The notes under the pieces were generated by a model, which made no database searches, had not been told where the DNA came from, and saw nothing but the letters and a program-made list of their open reading frames with translations. Of a stretch of 58,828 nt of DNA, positions 47,646 through 56,568 are shown piece after piece. A program made the position numbers and the translations under genes. Numbering within the stretch: position 1 is the first letter of the stretch; each line of letters begins with the position of its first letter. Source of the DNA: Candidatus Kapaibacterium sp. (lineage in GTDB: Bacteria; Bacteroidota; Ignavibacteria; Kapaibacteriales; UBA4661); assembly GCA_036847245.1 (NCBI GenBank), contig DAIUAL010000002.1:1-58828 (forward strand), given 5' to 3'.

Positions 47646-48653
47646 ATGAAATTTGGTGTCCTCACAGGCGGTGGCGATTGCCCCGGCATGAATGCATTTA
47701 TTCGCGGCATTGTCCGCACAACGCTTAACCTACGTCCACAGACATCAGTATGGGGTGTCATAGACGGTTGGAAAGGTTTACTCGACAATAATTTTCGCCG
47801 TTTGAACAAGCTCGATGTTGCGGGCTTAACTACCCGTGGCGGTACGATTCTCGGAACCTTGCGTATGCCTGAACTTACCACCGACCGCGACCTGCAAGAA
47901 ACTGTTGCACGCAATGTGCATGATAATGGCTTCGACAATATTTTCGTGTGTAGTGGCAATGGCAGTCTGAAAGCGGCAAGTATTATCAATCAAATTTGCC
48001 GCGAACAAAAATTGCGTACACGCTTCTTGGTATCGCCCGGTTCGATTGACAATGATGTGGTCAACAATCATGGTGCTTCGATTGGTTTTTATAGTGCGGT
48101 CGATAAAAGTTTAGAAATGCTCGAATGGATTCGCGACACTGCCAGCTCGCACCGCCGTGTGTATATCTTGCGTTCGATGGGTCGCATGTCGGGCTATTTA
48201 TCGCTTTTTGCAGGTATTGCATCCGGTGCTGAATATGTCATTCTCCCTGAAGAAGATGTCGATTTTGAAGACTTGGCTACAGTGATTGCCGAGCGCGATA
48301 AAGATACTCGCATTATTGTGAGCGAAGCATACGAGCATTCGCTTGATGACATACGCAAAATTCTCGAGGATGTCTTCGAGCGACGCAATATTCATCGCGA
48401 AATTCGTACCGTCGATATGGGCTATTTCCAGCGTGGTGGTAAAGCGGCTGTAACTGATATTTTACGTGCAAGTTGGATTGCTTACCGCATGGTGCGCGAT
48501 GCTTTTGCACAATGTGAAAGTGGCTTCTACACTGCATACTATACCGGTGATTCCCCTGCTCCGATTCCCCTTGAAGTTGCTGCCAATGATGAAGTTTCCA
48601 GCCATCGTGAAATTCCGCAAGATCTTATCGATTTCGCTTTAGCGTTGCGATAA
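47646..48653 (+). CDS. pfkA: 6-phosphofructokinase
   Basis: MKFGVLTGGGDCPGMNAFIRG, GSIDND, SMGR and GYFQRGG. Note SGNGS where GGDGS is usual. The track ORF start at 47526 is not credible. Confidence 0.85.
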   Translation: MKFGVLTGGGDCPGMNAFIRGIVRTTLNLRPQTSVWGVIDGWKGLLDNNFRRLNKLDVAGLTTRGGTILGTLRMPELTTDRDLQETVARNVHDNGFDNIFVCSGNGSLKAASIINQICREQKLRTRFLVSPGSIDNDVVNNHGASIGFYSAVDKSLEMLEWIRDTASSHRRVYILRSMGRMSGYLSLFAGIASGAEYVILPEEDVDFEDLATVIAERDKDTRIIVSEAYEHSLDDIRKILEDVFERRNIHREIRTVDMGYFQRGGKAAVTDILRASWIAYRMVRDAFAQCESGFYTAYYTGDSPAPIPLEVAANDEVSSHREIPQDLIDFALALR

Positions 48654-48688
48654 TTGTTAATGATATTCTATTATCAGACTACAAGACG

Positions 48689-49117
48689 ATGAAAATTACA
48701 TCTCTCGTCCATATACTTGCCCCTGCTCCCCAAAGAGTGTTTCTTCTTGACAGTGCAGGGGCTTGTTATTCTGCACTACTCCTTGGTCTCGTACTGGCTT
48801 CGTGCCCGACACTGATTGGTGTTCCGCAGACTACACTCTACGAGCTATGCACCGTAGCAAGCATTCTTTGTCTCTCGTCGCTCGGCTCATATATTTTTCT
48901 CCGCCATATATGGCGCACAGTATTGCGTTTCATCGCTGTGGCTAATCTCCTCTACTGTCTGTACACAGCTTTGTTGGTCTTTCAATTGTGGCATGAAATC
49001 ACCTTCTTTGGCATTGTATATTTCGCTGTGGAGATACTCATTATCGTGGCACTTGCTTTCTTTGAGCTGTGGTTTTCGAGACGTGGGGGGACACTCCATA
49101 CCACTGCGTCAGCATAA
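48689..49117 (+). CDS. Hypothetical four-TM membrane protein
   Basis: Four hydrophobic segments in 142 aa; no recognised family. Confidence 0.5.
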   Translation: MKITSLVHILAPAPQRVFLLDSAGACYSALLLGLVLASCPTLIGVPQTTLYELCTVASILCLSSLGSYIFLRHIWRTVLRFIAVANLLYCLYTALLVFQLWHEITFFGIVYFAVEILIIVALAFFELWFSRRGGTLHTTASA

Positions 49118-49201
49118 CTTGTCGCGCTTTCACATGTCCGTTATTGAAGCATTCCTATATTTGCTAAATTCTCTTTGTGCTACTCTTCTTGATGGACAGC
49201 C

Positions 49202-49942
49202 ATGTGCGGACGCTACTCGATGTTTTCTTCTGCCGAGAAGATTCATACCCGATTCAACATTGATGATATTCCTCAAGACACAGTATCAGGCGATTCTACC
49301 TCGATCAAACCACGCTACAACATCACGCCCATGCAGAATGTTCTCGCTATCACGGCTGAGAAACCCCGAAGATTACAATCAATGCAATGGGGCTTGCTTC
49401 CCTCATGGGCAAAAGATAAAAGTATGAGTGCGAAAATGTTCAATGCCCGTGCAGAAACCATCCTCGAAAAGCCGTCTTTTCGTACCGCTTTTGCCCAACG
49501 TCGATGCTTGGTACTTGCCAATGGCTTTTATGAATGGGAGAAAAAAACAGGTCAGCCCTATTATGTATCGCTTAGCTCCGGTGAATGCTTTGCTATGGCG
49601 GGTCTGTGGGAAACATGGCAAGACCCCACGACCAAAGAAAGCATGCGTTCGTGTACCGTCATTACCACCGAACCCAACAGCATGATTGCTCCGTATCATC
49701 ATCGCATGGCGGTGATTCTTCAACAAAAAGATGAAGATATATGGCTCGACCATACGATACTCCAAGACCGCTTGCTTACCCTGCTTCGTCCGTACCCCGC
49801 AGAAGAACTTCAGATTGCTCCGGTATCAAAATTGGTTGGGAATATCCATCATGATTCGCCAGATTTGATTCATCCGATTGATCTCACGCAAGCACGTTCT
49901 TCTTCAGAACATTCTGTCCTTGATGATCTGCAATTGTTTTGA
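49202..49942 (+). CDS. SOS response-associated peptidase (SRAP/YedK)
   Basis: N-terminal MCGRYS (catalytic Cys2), NARAET and GFYEW motifs. Confidence 0.9.
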   Translation: MCGRYSMFSSAEKIHTRFNIDDIPQDTVSGDSTSIKPRYNITPMQNVLAITAEKPRRLQSMQWGLLPSWAKDKSMSAKMFNARAETILEKPSFRTAFAQRRCLVLANGFYEWEKKTGQPYYVSLSSGECFAMAGLWETWQDPTTKESMRSCTVITTEPNSMIAPYHHRMAVILQQKDEDIWLDHTILQDRLLTLLRPYPAEELQIAPVSKLVGNIHHDSPDLIHPIDLTQARSSSEHSVLDDLQLF

Positions 49943-49978
49943 ATCACTTTTCTTTTCATCATCCTTCTACCTTTTGCT

Positions 49979-50899
49979 ATGCGCCCTTTCGTATTCTCTC
50001 TCCTATGCTTTATTCTTGCATCGGCATTCTCTACACTAACACTCTCTGCCATGCCCTTGCAAAAGCCAACCAAGACACAATGCTTGGAACGTATTCACTC
50101 CATTGTGAGCAAATACAAAGCATCTGTGGGTGTTGCGGTTATTCAGCCGGACACACGCGATACACTTGTCATCAATGGCAACAAGCATTTCCCCATGCAG
50201 AGTGTGTTTAAATTTCATATTGCTCTAAATATTCTTCATAGTATCGATCAAAAGAAATATAGACTCACCGATAGCATTCGCCTCCGGAAAGCTGACTTGG
50301 ATAATGACTTGTGGAGTCCACTGCGCGAGAAGTATGGGCGCACTGGCATAACACTCACGCTTGATGAAATTCTTCGCCCTACGGTGGCACAAAGCGACAA
50401 TGTTGGATGCGATGTCCTGCTCCACAAACTTGGCGGACCAAAGGCATTGCAAACTTATCTGCACAAGAATGGTATTCGTGATATTGCTGTTGCCATCAAC
50501 GAAGCAACCATGCAAGCGCATTGGGCGAGACAATACGAAAATTGGTCAACACCTTTGGCATCTGCACAAGCACTCTTAGCAACATTTCACGCGAAAACAT
50601 TACTCTCCAAAGAAAGCACCGAGTATCTTTGGAATGTTATGGCGGGCACAACAACCGGTGCCAACAAACTCAAAGCACTGCTACCAGCAGGCACAACAGT
50701 TGCGCACAAAACAGGATGGTCAGGCGCGAAGAATGGTCTTACTGCCGCATCGAATGATATTGGCATGATCGTGCTACCCAATCAACAGCGTGTGGCAATT
50801 GCCGTATTTGTTGGCGAGTCGTATGAAAACGAAGACACTAATTGTCTCATCATCGCAGAAATTGGCAAAGCCGTGTGGGATTATTATACCGCGCAATAG
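49979..50899 (+). CDS. bla: Class A beta-lactamase
   Basis: Signal peptide, SxxK (MQSVFKF), SDN (AQSDNVG), an omega-loop Glu candidate (INEATMQ) and KTG (AHKTGWSG). Confidence 0.85.
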   Translation: MRPFVFSLLCFILASAFSTLTLSAMPLQKPTKTQCLERIHSIVSKYKASVGVAVIQPDTRDTLVINGNKHFPMQSVFKFHIALNILHSIDQKKYRLTDSIRLRKADLDNDLWSPLREKYGRTGITLTLDEILRPTVAQSDNVGCDVLLHKLGGPKALQTYLHKNGIRDIAVAINEATMQAHWARQYENWSTPLASAQALLATFHAKTLLSKESTEYLWNVMAGTTTGANKLKALLPAGTTVAHKTGWSGAKNGLTAASNDIGMIVLPNQQRVAIAVFVGESYENEDTNCLIIAEIGKAVWDYYTAQ

Positions 50900-50966
50900 G
50901 AGTACCGAGGGGAACTCCGCACAACACCGCCTTTTCGACATCGAAAAGAACATCAAAACCTCGTAT

Positions 50967-50992
50967 AAGAATGGCATCAATAAGCCATTCTT
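50967..50992 (+). terminator. Hairpin downstream of bla (weak terminator candidate)
   Basis: 9-bp stem AAGAATGGC/GCCATTCTT with an 8-nt loop. No clear T-run. Confidence 0.3.
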
Positions 50993-51219
50993 GATGAAAA
51001 ATCATGCATCATACTTGATAGGAAATATGCGCCGATACATTGAACAAAACGCCTGAAAAAAGTTTTCCACATACTCTATCATATACTCTATTTTTTAAAA
51101 ATCAGCTGTGTAACTTGATAGGTAATCAGGATTCGTGAGTGTGTTCCTATGAAGCTTGTTTTGTATGAATGTTCTTGTGAACACTGACATTATCTTTTAT
51201 ACACTTTCAGGACATATTT

Positions 51220-52368
51220 ATGCGTTCTCGCTCTTGGATTGTACTTGCTTTCTTGCTTTGCATTCTTGCAACTGTATATGGAACATGTTCAGCTCAATCG
51301 CAACAAGTAAATATCATTACTCATGCCATAACAGCATCATCATGTACGATTAGTATTGCTGAAATTAACAGAGAAACAATCACATCCTGCACGGTGCAAA
51401 TAACCCTTGCTTCTTCGCCGGGTACATTACCTACATCAACAATAACCACTCGCGCAACACTCACAATGCAGTCTCCACGTACAACATTTTCATGGTCGCC
51501 GGGAACAGTTGCACGAGTAGAGGTCGTTGCCATTGCACCTGCAAAAAGCTCAGCATGGTGTAATGGCGGCTGGGCTTCACCGTATTTTATCAGCAATCCT
51601 TTGTCCTCGCTTCAAGCCATGATAACAGATTCACGTATCGATACGCGTGCAACGACCACATTATTGGAACCCATGCTCCAAGATTCGCTGACATATGTTA
51701 TAAATGCAAGCTCTATTGTTTTGTTACCGACTACTCCTTCACCGCTTCGTTTGGCAATTGCTTTCGATACAGTGCTGACAGTCTTATCACAGCAAGGATT
51801 TACGCTCCGCGATGCCTGGGTTCGTGATTTTCACATTGCTTTATGTCAACATGAGTCTCCGATATTCCCCACGAACATTTACGCACTTATTCGTCCGCAG
51901 AGACCATCGGTAGAATTTTTTAATGCACTCAATAGAGCATGGACAGATATTGCTCGGCAATCAGCTCGTGTAACCAGTGGTTTAGGTTCTGCCGATAGAA
52001 CACGTATTAGAGAAATACTATCTTCTACCAACCAATTCAGTCGATACTACAATTTGACGAATACAAGCAATACCACATCCGTCAGTGGCACAGCTCAGCA
52101 AGAGCGTTTGCAGGTGCAGATTGCACCGCAACCAATCGAGGGACAAGCAACCATAACGATCACAACACCTTCTCCTTTGACTGCCGATATTCGTCTTGTC
52201 AATATGCTCGGGCAAACTATTGCTGTGCTTGCACAAGGGCAACGTTTGTCGGCGGGTGTGAATGCCTTGTCTATAGCAAGCGCAGGACTTGCCAGTGGTG
52301 TGTATGCTGTGCAGGTCGTAGAAAGTGGGCGTATTCTGCATACGCAGAGTGTCGTGGTAACGCGATAG
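51220..52368 (+). CDS. Secreted protein of unknown function with a T9SS C-terminal sorting domain (paralog A)
   Basis: Signal peptide (ATVYGTCSAQ). The C-terminal ~85 aa (IRLVNMLGQTIAVL...GVYAVQVVESGRILHTQSVVVTR) fit the Por/T9SS CTD pattern. Confidence 0.75.
   Translation: MRSRSWIVLAFLLCILATVYGTCSAQSQQVNIITHAITASSCTISIAEINRETITSCTVQITLASSPGTLPTSTITTRATLTMQSPRTTFSWSPGTVARVEVVAIAPAKSSAWCNGGWASPYFISNPLSSLQAMITDSRIDTRATTTLLEPMLQDSLTYVINASSIVLLPTTPSPLRLAIAFDTVLTVLSQQGFTLRDAWVRDFHIALCQHESPIFPTNIYALIRPQRPSVEFFNALNRAWTDIARQSARVTSGLGSADRTRIREILSSTNQFSRYYNLTNTSNTTSVSGTAQQERLQVQIAPQPIEGQATITITTPSPLTADIRLVNMLGQTIAVLAQGQRLSAGVNALSIASAGLASGVYAVQVVESGRILHTQSVVVTR
52102..52368 (+). repeat. Direct repeat copy 1 (CTD-coding segment)
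   Basis: 267 bp, about 87% identical (hand count, 34 mismatches) to 53299..53565. Confidence 0.85.
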
Positions 52369-52422
52369 CCTCCGTTTTTCACCCTACCCCATCTGTTTTT
52401 CTCATGTCCATAATAATTGCTT

Positions 52423-53565
52423 ATGTCTTCTCTTTTTCGCTTCTCGGTGTTTGGAGCTTTGCTTTTCTTTATTCTGCCTACGATGTATGTCTCTTGTGTT
52501 GCACAAGTGCGACCAATGACGATTATACCCCACGCAATCACGGCATCATCGTGTACAATTGGTGTTGCTGAAATCAACAATGGTGTGTTGACATCATGTA
52601 CAGTGCAGATTACTCTTTCGTCATCACTGTTTTCATCAGCATCTGTGTTTTTTACAACTCATGCGACGTTAACTAGACAGACACCACATACAACCTTTGC
52701 ATGGTCGCGGGGAGTAGTAGCACGAATAGATATCGTGGATATTACTCCTGTCATCACTCCTGCTTGGTGCTTCAATATAAGTCAATGGGCTTTTCCTCAT
52801 TTCATAAGCAATACTTTTTCAGCTTCGCCAGCAGAAGTCACGGATTCACGTGTGATGAGCATACCTTCTGAACCGCCTCTTGATGCACAAGATTCGTTGA
52901 ATTATTTTATGTATACGGTGTCAAGTAACAGCCCTCCGCTGCGTTTTATATCGGTTATAGACAGCACGCTTGGGGTGTTGGCACAACAAGGGTATCCACT
53001 ACGTGATGTGTGGGTGCGTGATTTTCATCTCGGTTTATGTTCCGGAGATTTGGTTGCAGTTAGTTATGTGTATGCGTTTATTAGGTTGCGGAGGCCATCA
53101 CCTGATTTTATCACTGCACTACGTCAAGCAGTATCAAGTGCTCGTTTTTTAGATGTTATCCAAGCACCCTTCTCCACTCAATCGGTACCATCTACGCGAC
53201 AAACTATTGGACAAATGATTGGTTTCACGACCTCCTATCAATTTACTCGCTACTACAACTTCACGCGCACCACATCAGTCGGTGGCACAAGCCAACCGGA
53301 ACGTTTGCAAGTGCAGATTGCACCGCAACCAATCGAGGGGCAAGCAACCATGACGATCACAACACCTTCGGCACTGACAGCTGATATTCGTCTTGTCAAT
53401 ATGCTGGGGCAGACTATTGCTGTGCTTGCACAAGGACAACGTTTGTCGGCTGGTACAACTACTTTGCCGATAGCAAGTACAGGACTTGCAAGTGGTGTGT
53501 ATGCCGTGCAGGTCGTATCAAGTGGTCGTATTCTGCATACGCAGAGTGTGGTGGTAACGCGGTGA
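52423..53565 (+). CDS. Secreted protein of unknown function with a T9SS C-terminal sorting domain (paralog B)
   Basis: Same architecture as paralog A; length is 382 aa from the track TTG at 52417 (380 aa from the ATG at 52423). Confidence 0.75.
   Translation: MSSLFRFSVFGALLFFILPTMYVSCVAQVRPMTIIPHAITASSCTIGVAEINNGVLTSCTVQITLSSSLFSSASVFFTTHATLTRQTPHTTFAWSRGVVARIDIVDITPVITPAWCFNISQWAFPHFISNTFSASPAEVTDSRVMSIPSEPPLDAQDSLNYFMYTVSSNSPPLRFISVIDSTLGVLAQQGYPLRDVWVRDFHLGLCSGDLVAVSYVYAFIRLRRPSPDFITALRQAVSSARFLDVIQAPFSTQSVPSTRQTIGQMIGFTTSYQFTRYYNFTRTTSVGGTSQPERLQVQIAPQPIEGQATMTITTPSALTADIRLVNMLGQTIAVLAQGQRLSAGTTTLPIASTGLASGVYAVQVVSSGRILHTQSVVVTR
53299..53565 (+). repeat. Direct repeat copy 2 (CTD-coding segment)
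   Basis: See copy 1. Confidence 0.85.
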
Positions 53566-53572
53566 TACATGG

Positions 53573-53604
53573 CACCCAAGAGGTCTTGATTGCCCTCTTG
53601 GGTG
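53573..53604. terminator. Hairpin between convergent genes (T9SS paralog B and dut)
   Basis: 11-bp stem CACCCAAGAGG/CCTCTTGGGTG with a 10-nt loop. Confidence 0.6.
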
Positions 53605-53634
53605 GGTATTACTCAAAAGCTACCGACAACCTCG

Positions 53635-54102
53635 TCACACACCCGTACTGCCAAAGCCACCCGCACCGCGCTCGGTAGCATCGAGTGCCTCGACCAATCG
53701 CCACCGAATATGTTCGTAGCGAGCAACGACCATTTGTGCGATACGATCACCACGTTGAATAGTAAATGGCTCCGTGCCTGCATTGGAAAGAATCACTTTG
53801 ATTTCACCACGATAATCGCTGTCAATCGTTCCCGGAGCATTCAGCGAAAACACGCCATGCTTTGCTGCCAAGCCGCTCCGTGACCGGATCTGCGCTTCAA
53901 AACCACGTGGCAGAGCAATGGCAATACCGGTCGGTACAAGGCGGATAGCACCGGGCTGAAGAATCATCGGCTCATCTATCACGGCATACAAATCCATACC
54001 GGCTGAACCTTCTGTTTGATATTGTGGCAAGGGAATATCCTGTACGGCTTGTACCCATTGGATAGGAATTTCTTGTGGAATGGCAATCGTTTGTGTTGTC
54101 AT
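53635..54102 (-). CDS. dut: dUTP diphosphatase
   Basis: [25 protein letters not shown] and GDRIAQ motifs. Confidence 0.92.
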   Translation of the reverse strand: MTTQTIAIPQEIPIQWVQAVQDIPLPQYQTEGSAGMDLYAVIDEPMILQPGAIRLVPTGIAIALPRGFEAQIRSRSGLAAKHGVFSLNAPGTIDSDYRGEIKVILSNAGTEPFTIQRGDRIAQMVVARYEHIRWRLVEALDATERGAGGFGSTGV

Positions 54103-54113
54103 GATGTGCTGTA

Positions 54114-55274
54114 CTAATGAGAAGAATGATGAGGGAATGATAATGAATTCTGCTCTGCAATCAGGGCTTCAAGAATGCCGACATAGCCCGCAATACCCTG
54201 CTCTAATTCATCGCAGTAAATAAACTCGCCCGCTGTGTGCGAACGCTCCGACATGCCGGGTCCTATCTTGACCGAAGGATAAGGAATCACTGCTTGATCC
54301 GACATCGTAGGCGAGGCGAATGCCGTATGCCCAAGCCGTAATGCTGTCTGCACAAGAGGATGCGATTCATCAATCGATGAAGGACGCAAACGCACGGAGC
54401 GCGGTGCAATTTCATAGCGAATGGCATCGGGTATTGCAGAGCGAAGTTCTCGTTGAATGATTGCAACAATCTCTTCATTGCTGTACGCATCGGTCGTGCG
54501 AATATCCACAACAAATGAGCATCGATCAGGAATGACATTGTGCTGTGTACCTGCTTGCACTTGCGATAGCGTCATTTTGACAGGACCCAAGCGCGGCGAT
54601 ACTTTTTCAAAGCGATACGCGCCAAACCATTCAATAATAGGCAGAGCATTGTAAATAGCATTCGCAGAACGTTCCCACACCCGCGCTGAATGCCCTGCAC
54701 TGCCATAGACAAGACCATCGAGAACAACCAATCCTTTTTCAGCGGTAGCGATATTCATACCGGTTGGTTCGCCAACGATAGCAACATCAATAGAACCTAA
54801 TTCTGCAAGGATGGATTCTACGCCATTCTTGCCGATAATCTCTTCCTCAGCTGTTGTTGCGAGCACAAGATTAAAAGGCATATCCGTACGCTCATAGCAA
54901 TACACAAAGCTTGCAATTAAGCCACACAAGGGCGCACCGGCATCATTGCTCCCCAAGCCGATCAATTTCATGCGATTGTTCTCTTGCACCATCATCGGCG
55001 TGAATGGATCGCTCTGCCAACCGCTCACGGGCTTGACGGTATCATGATGCGAATTGAGTAATATGGTCGGCTTTGCGGTGTCATACGCACGATTGCACGA
55101 CCACACATTGTTCATACGCCGCTCGGTGGGAATACCGCGCTCATGAAGAAATTCTTGAATACAGGTTGCCGTAGCATCTTCCTCGCGGGAAAAAGAAGGT
55201 ATGGCAATCAATCGTTGTAACAACTGTAGTGCATCGCGGGTACAATCTTGAAGAGTAAATCGCATAGACATCAA
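54114..55274 (-). CDS. M20-family metallohydrolase (acetylornithine deacetylase / ArgE-DapE-like)
   Basis: [15 protein letters not shown] and TAEEE metal-ligand motifs, in an arg-gene context. Confidence 0.8.
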   Translation of the reverse strand: MMSMRFTLQDCTRDALQLLQRLIAIPSFSREEDATATCIQEFLHERGIPTERRMNNVWSCNRAYDTAKPTILLNSHHDTVKPVSGWQSDPFTPMMVQENNRMKLIGLGSNDAGAPLCGLIASFVYCYERTDMPFNLVLATTAEEEIIGKNGVESILAELGSIDVAIVGEPTGMNIATAEKGLVVLDGLVYGSAGHSARVWERSANAIYNALPIIEWFGAYRFEKVSPRLGPVKMTLSQVQAGTQHNVIPDRCSFVVDIRTTDAYSNEEIVAIIQRELRSAIPDAIRYEIAPRSVRLRPSSIDESHPLVQTALRLGHTAFASPTMSDQAVIPYPSVKIGPGMSERSHTAGEFIYCDELEQGIAGYVGILEALIAEQNSLSFPHHSSH

Positions 55275-55296
55275 AAGAGAAATCGCTTAAAATCAA

Positions 55297-56568
55297 CTAT
55301 ACTGAAAATCGACTATACCATGGCAAAATACCTGTGGCAATCCATGCTTGAATATCTGCTACTCTGCGCTGAGTCGTATGATGCGTTTGCACGGTACGAA
55401 TCAAGTTTTGCGCCAAGCGCCTACGCAGAGATTCTTGTGTTTGCAGTGTGTGGAGTTGTTCTGCCAAACGTGGCGCAACCACCGTTACATCGCCATCATC
55501 GAAGAGAAAAATATCAGCGCCATCGATAAAAAGAAGATCGGTAAGTGGTCGCGGGAATGAGCCATGCGGTCGCCATGACACTACGGGAATACCCGCACTT
55601 GCCGCTTCGACAATTCGGTTGGAATATCCCCGAAAATTTGCCGGAAGTATAATAGTTGTATTCCATTGCGCCAAGGTATGTAAATATGCTTTGAACACAT
55701 TTTCACGAATGCGACGAAGCACCTGTACATGCTCAACAAGATTCTGCCATGTTGGTTGATGTTCGTTGTGCAGTGCGCCATGCAGAACTGCTTGCGCTTC
55801 TTCATACAGCACATGGAACTGCACCTCGCTGCCAAATGCTTGCTCAACACGCGGCATAATCTCAATCAAGTTCTGTAATGCAGGATGAGCAACATATTCG
55901 GCACGCCGCTCATACGCTACCCCTGCAAATCCTGCACTTTGGTACTGATGTTCGTGTTGTACGACTTGCGCATTCTGCACAAAACGTTCGGGAATTGCCC
56001 AAGGGCAAAACATGGTATTGTATCCCTGCTCACGATAGTACACGGCATCGCCTTCATCCATGCAACATAAGTGCGTGAAGTATGGCAATATATCCTCTGT
56101 TTCTCGACGAGCTTCCCACAAGTCCGCTTTAGAACTTGTACCATGCAGTGACTCGGGAATAATTGCAACACGAATAGGTGCATTGTTTTGCAACCAAGTG
56201 AGGGTATTATCCTTGATTTGATGATGGCGAAGCATGACAAATGCTTGGTCGAACCACTGACCCGATACTTGCTGTATGTCCGTTTGACTCCGCAAAAGAT
56301 GCTCGATATGATACAACCATGAAGCATGGTATGATGAGGGAATTTCATAAATCCCGGGGATAGTAACAATCGTATTACTCTGCACCGCTCCATATGGCAA
56401 ACGCAACCCTTCTTCCCACCCGTAGTGAATACCATATTGCCACAAGCCACCCTTCTGCCACGATAAAAATTCAAAGGGCACAAACAGAATTCTTTGACCG
56501 CCATATCCGGCTTGTATCGGCAGAATATGCTGTTGCGATTGGATAGTATGTTCTGCTGGCGGCATCAT
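55297..56568 (-). CDS. CgeB/GT1-like glycosyltransferase-family protein (hypothetical)
   Basis: The C-terminal segment NRIVEAASAGIPVVS resembles the GT-B sugar-donor domain. The start overlaps the argH stop by 4 nt (ATGA). Confidence 0.45.
   Translation of the reverse strand: MMPPAEHTIQSQQHILPIQAGYGGQRILFVPFEFLSWQKGGLWQYGIHYGWEEGLRLPYGAVQSNTIVTIPGIYEIPSSYHASWLYHIEHLLRSQTDIQQVSGQWFDQAFVMLRHHQIKDNTLTWLQNNAPIRVAIIPESLHGTSSKADLWEARRETEDILPYFTHLCCMDEGDAVYYREQGYNTMFCPWAIPERFVQNAQVVQHEHQYQSAGFAGVAYERRAEYVAHPALQNLIEIMPRVEQAFGSEVQFHVLYEEAQAVLHGALHNEHQPTWQNLVEHVQVLRRIRENVFKAYLHTLAQWNTTIILPANFRGYSNRIVEAASAGIPVVSWRPHGSFPRPLTDLLFIDGADIFLFDDGDVTVVAPRLAEQLHTLQTQESLRRRLAQNLIRTVQTHHTTQRRVADIQAWIATGILPWYSRFSV

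Noticed and set aside
51220-53565. Diversity-generating retroelement (template/variable repeat) as the explanation for the two near-identical 267-bp segments
   Set aside because: No reverse transcriptase gene is nearby. The mismatches are not confined to adenines; they include G/A, C/G and T/G changes and whole-codon replacements. Both copies are C-terminal sorting domains of intact paralogs.
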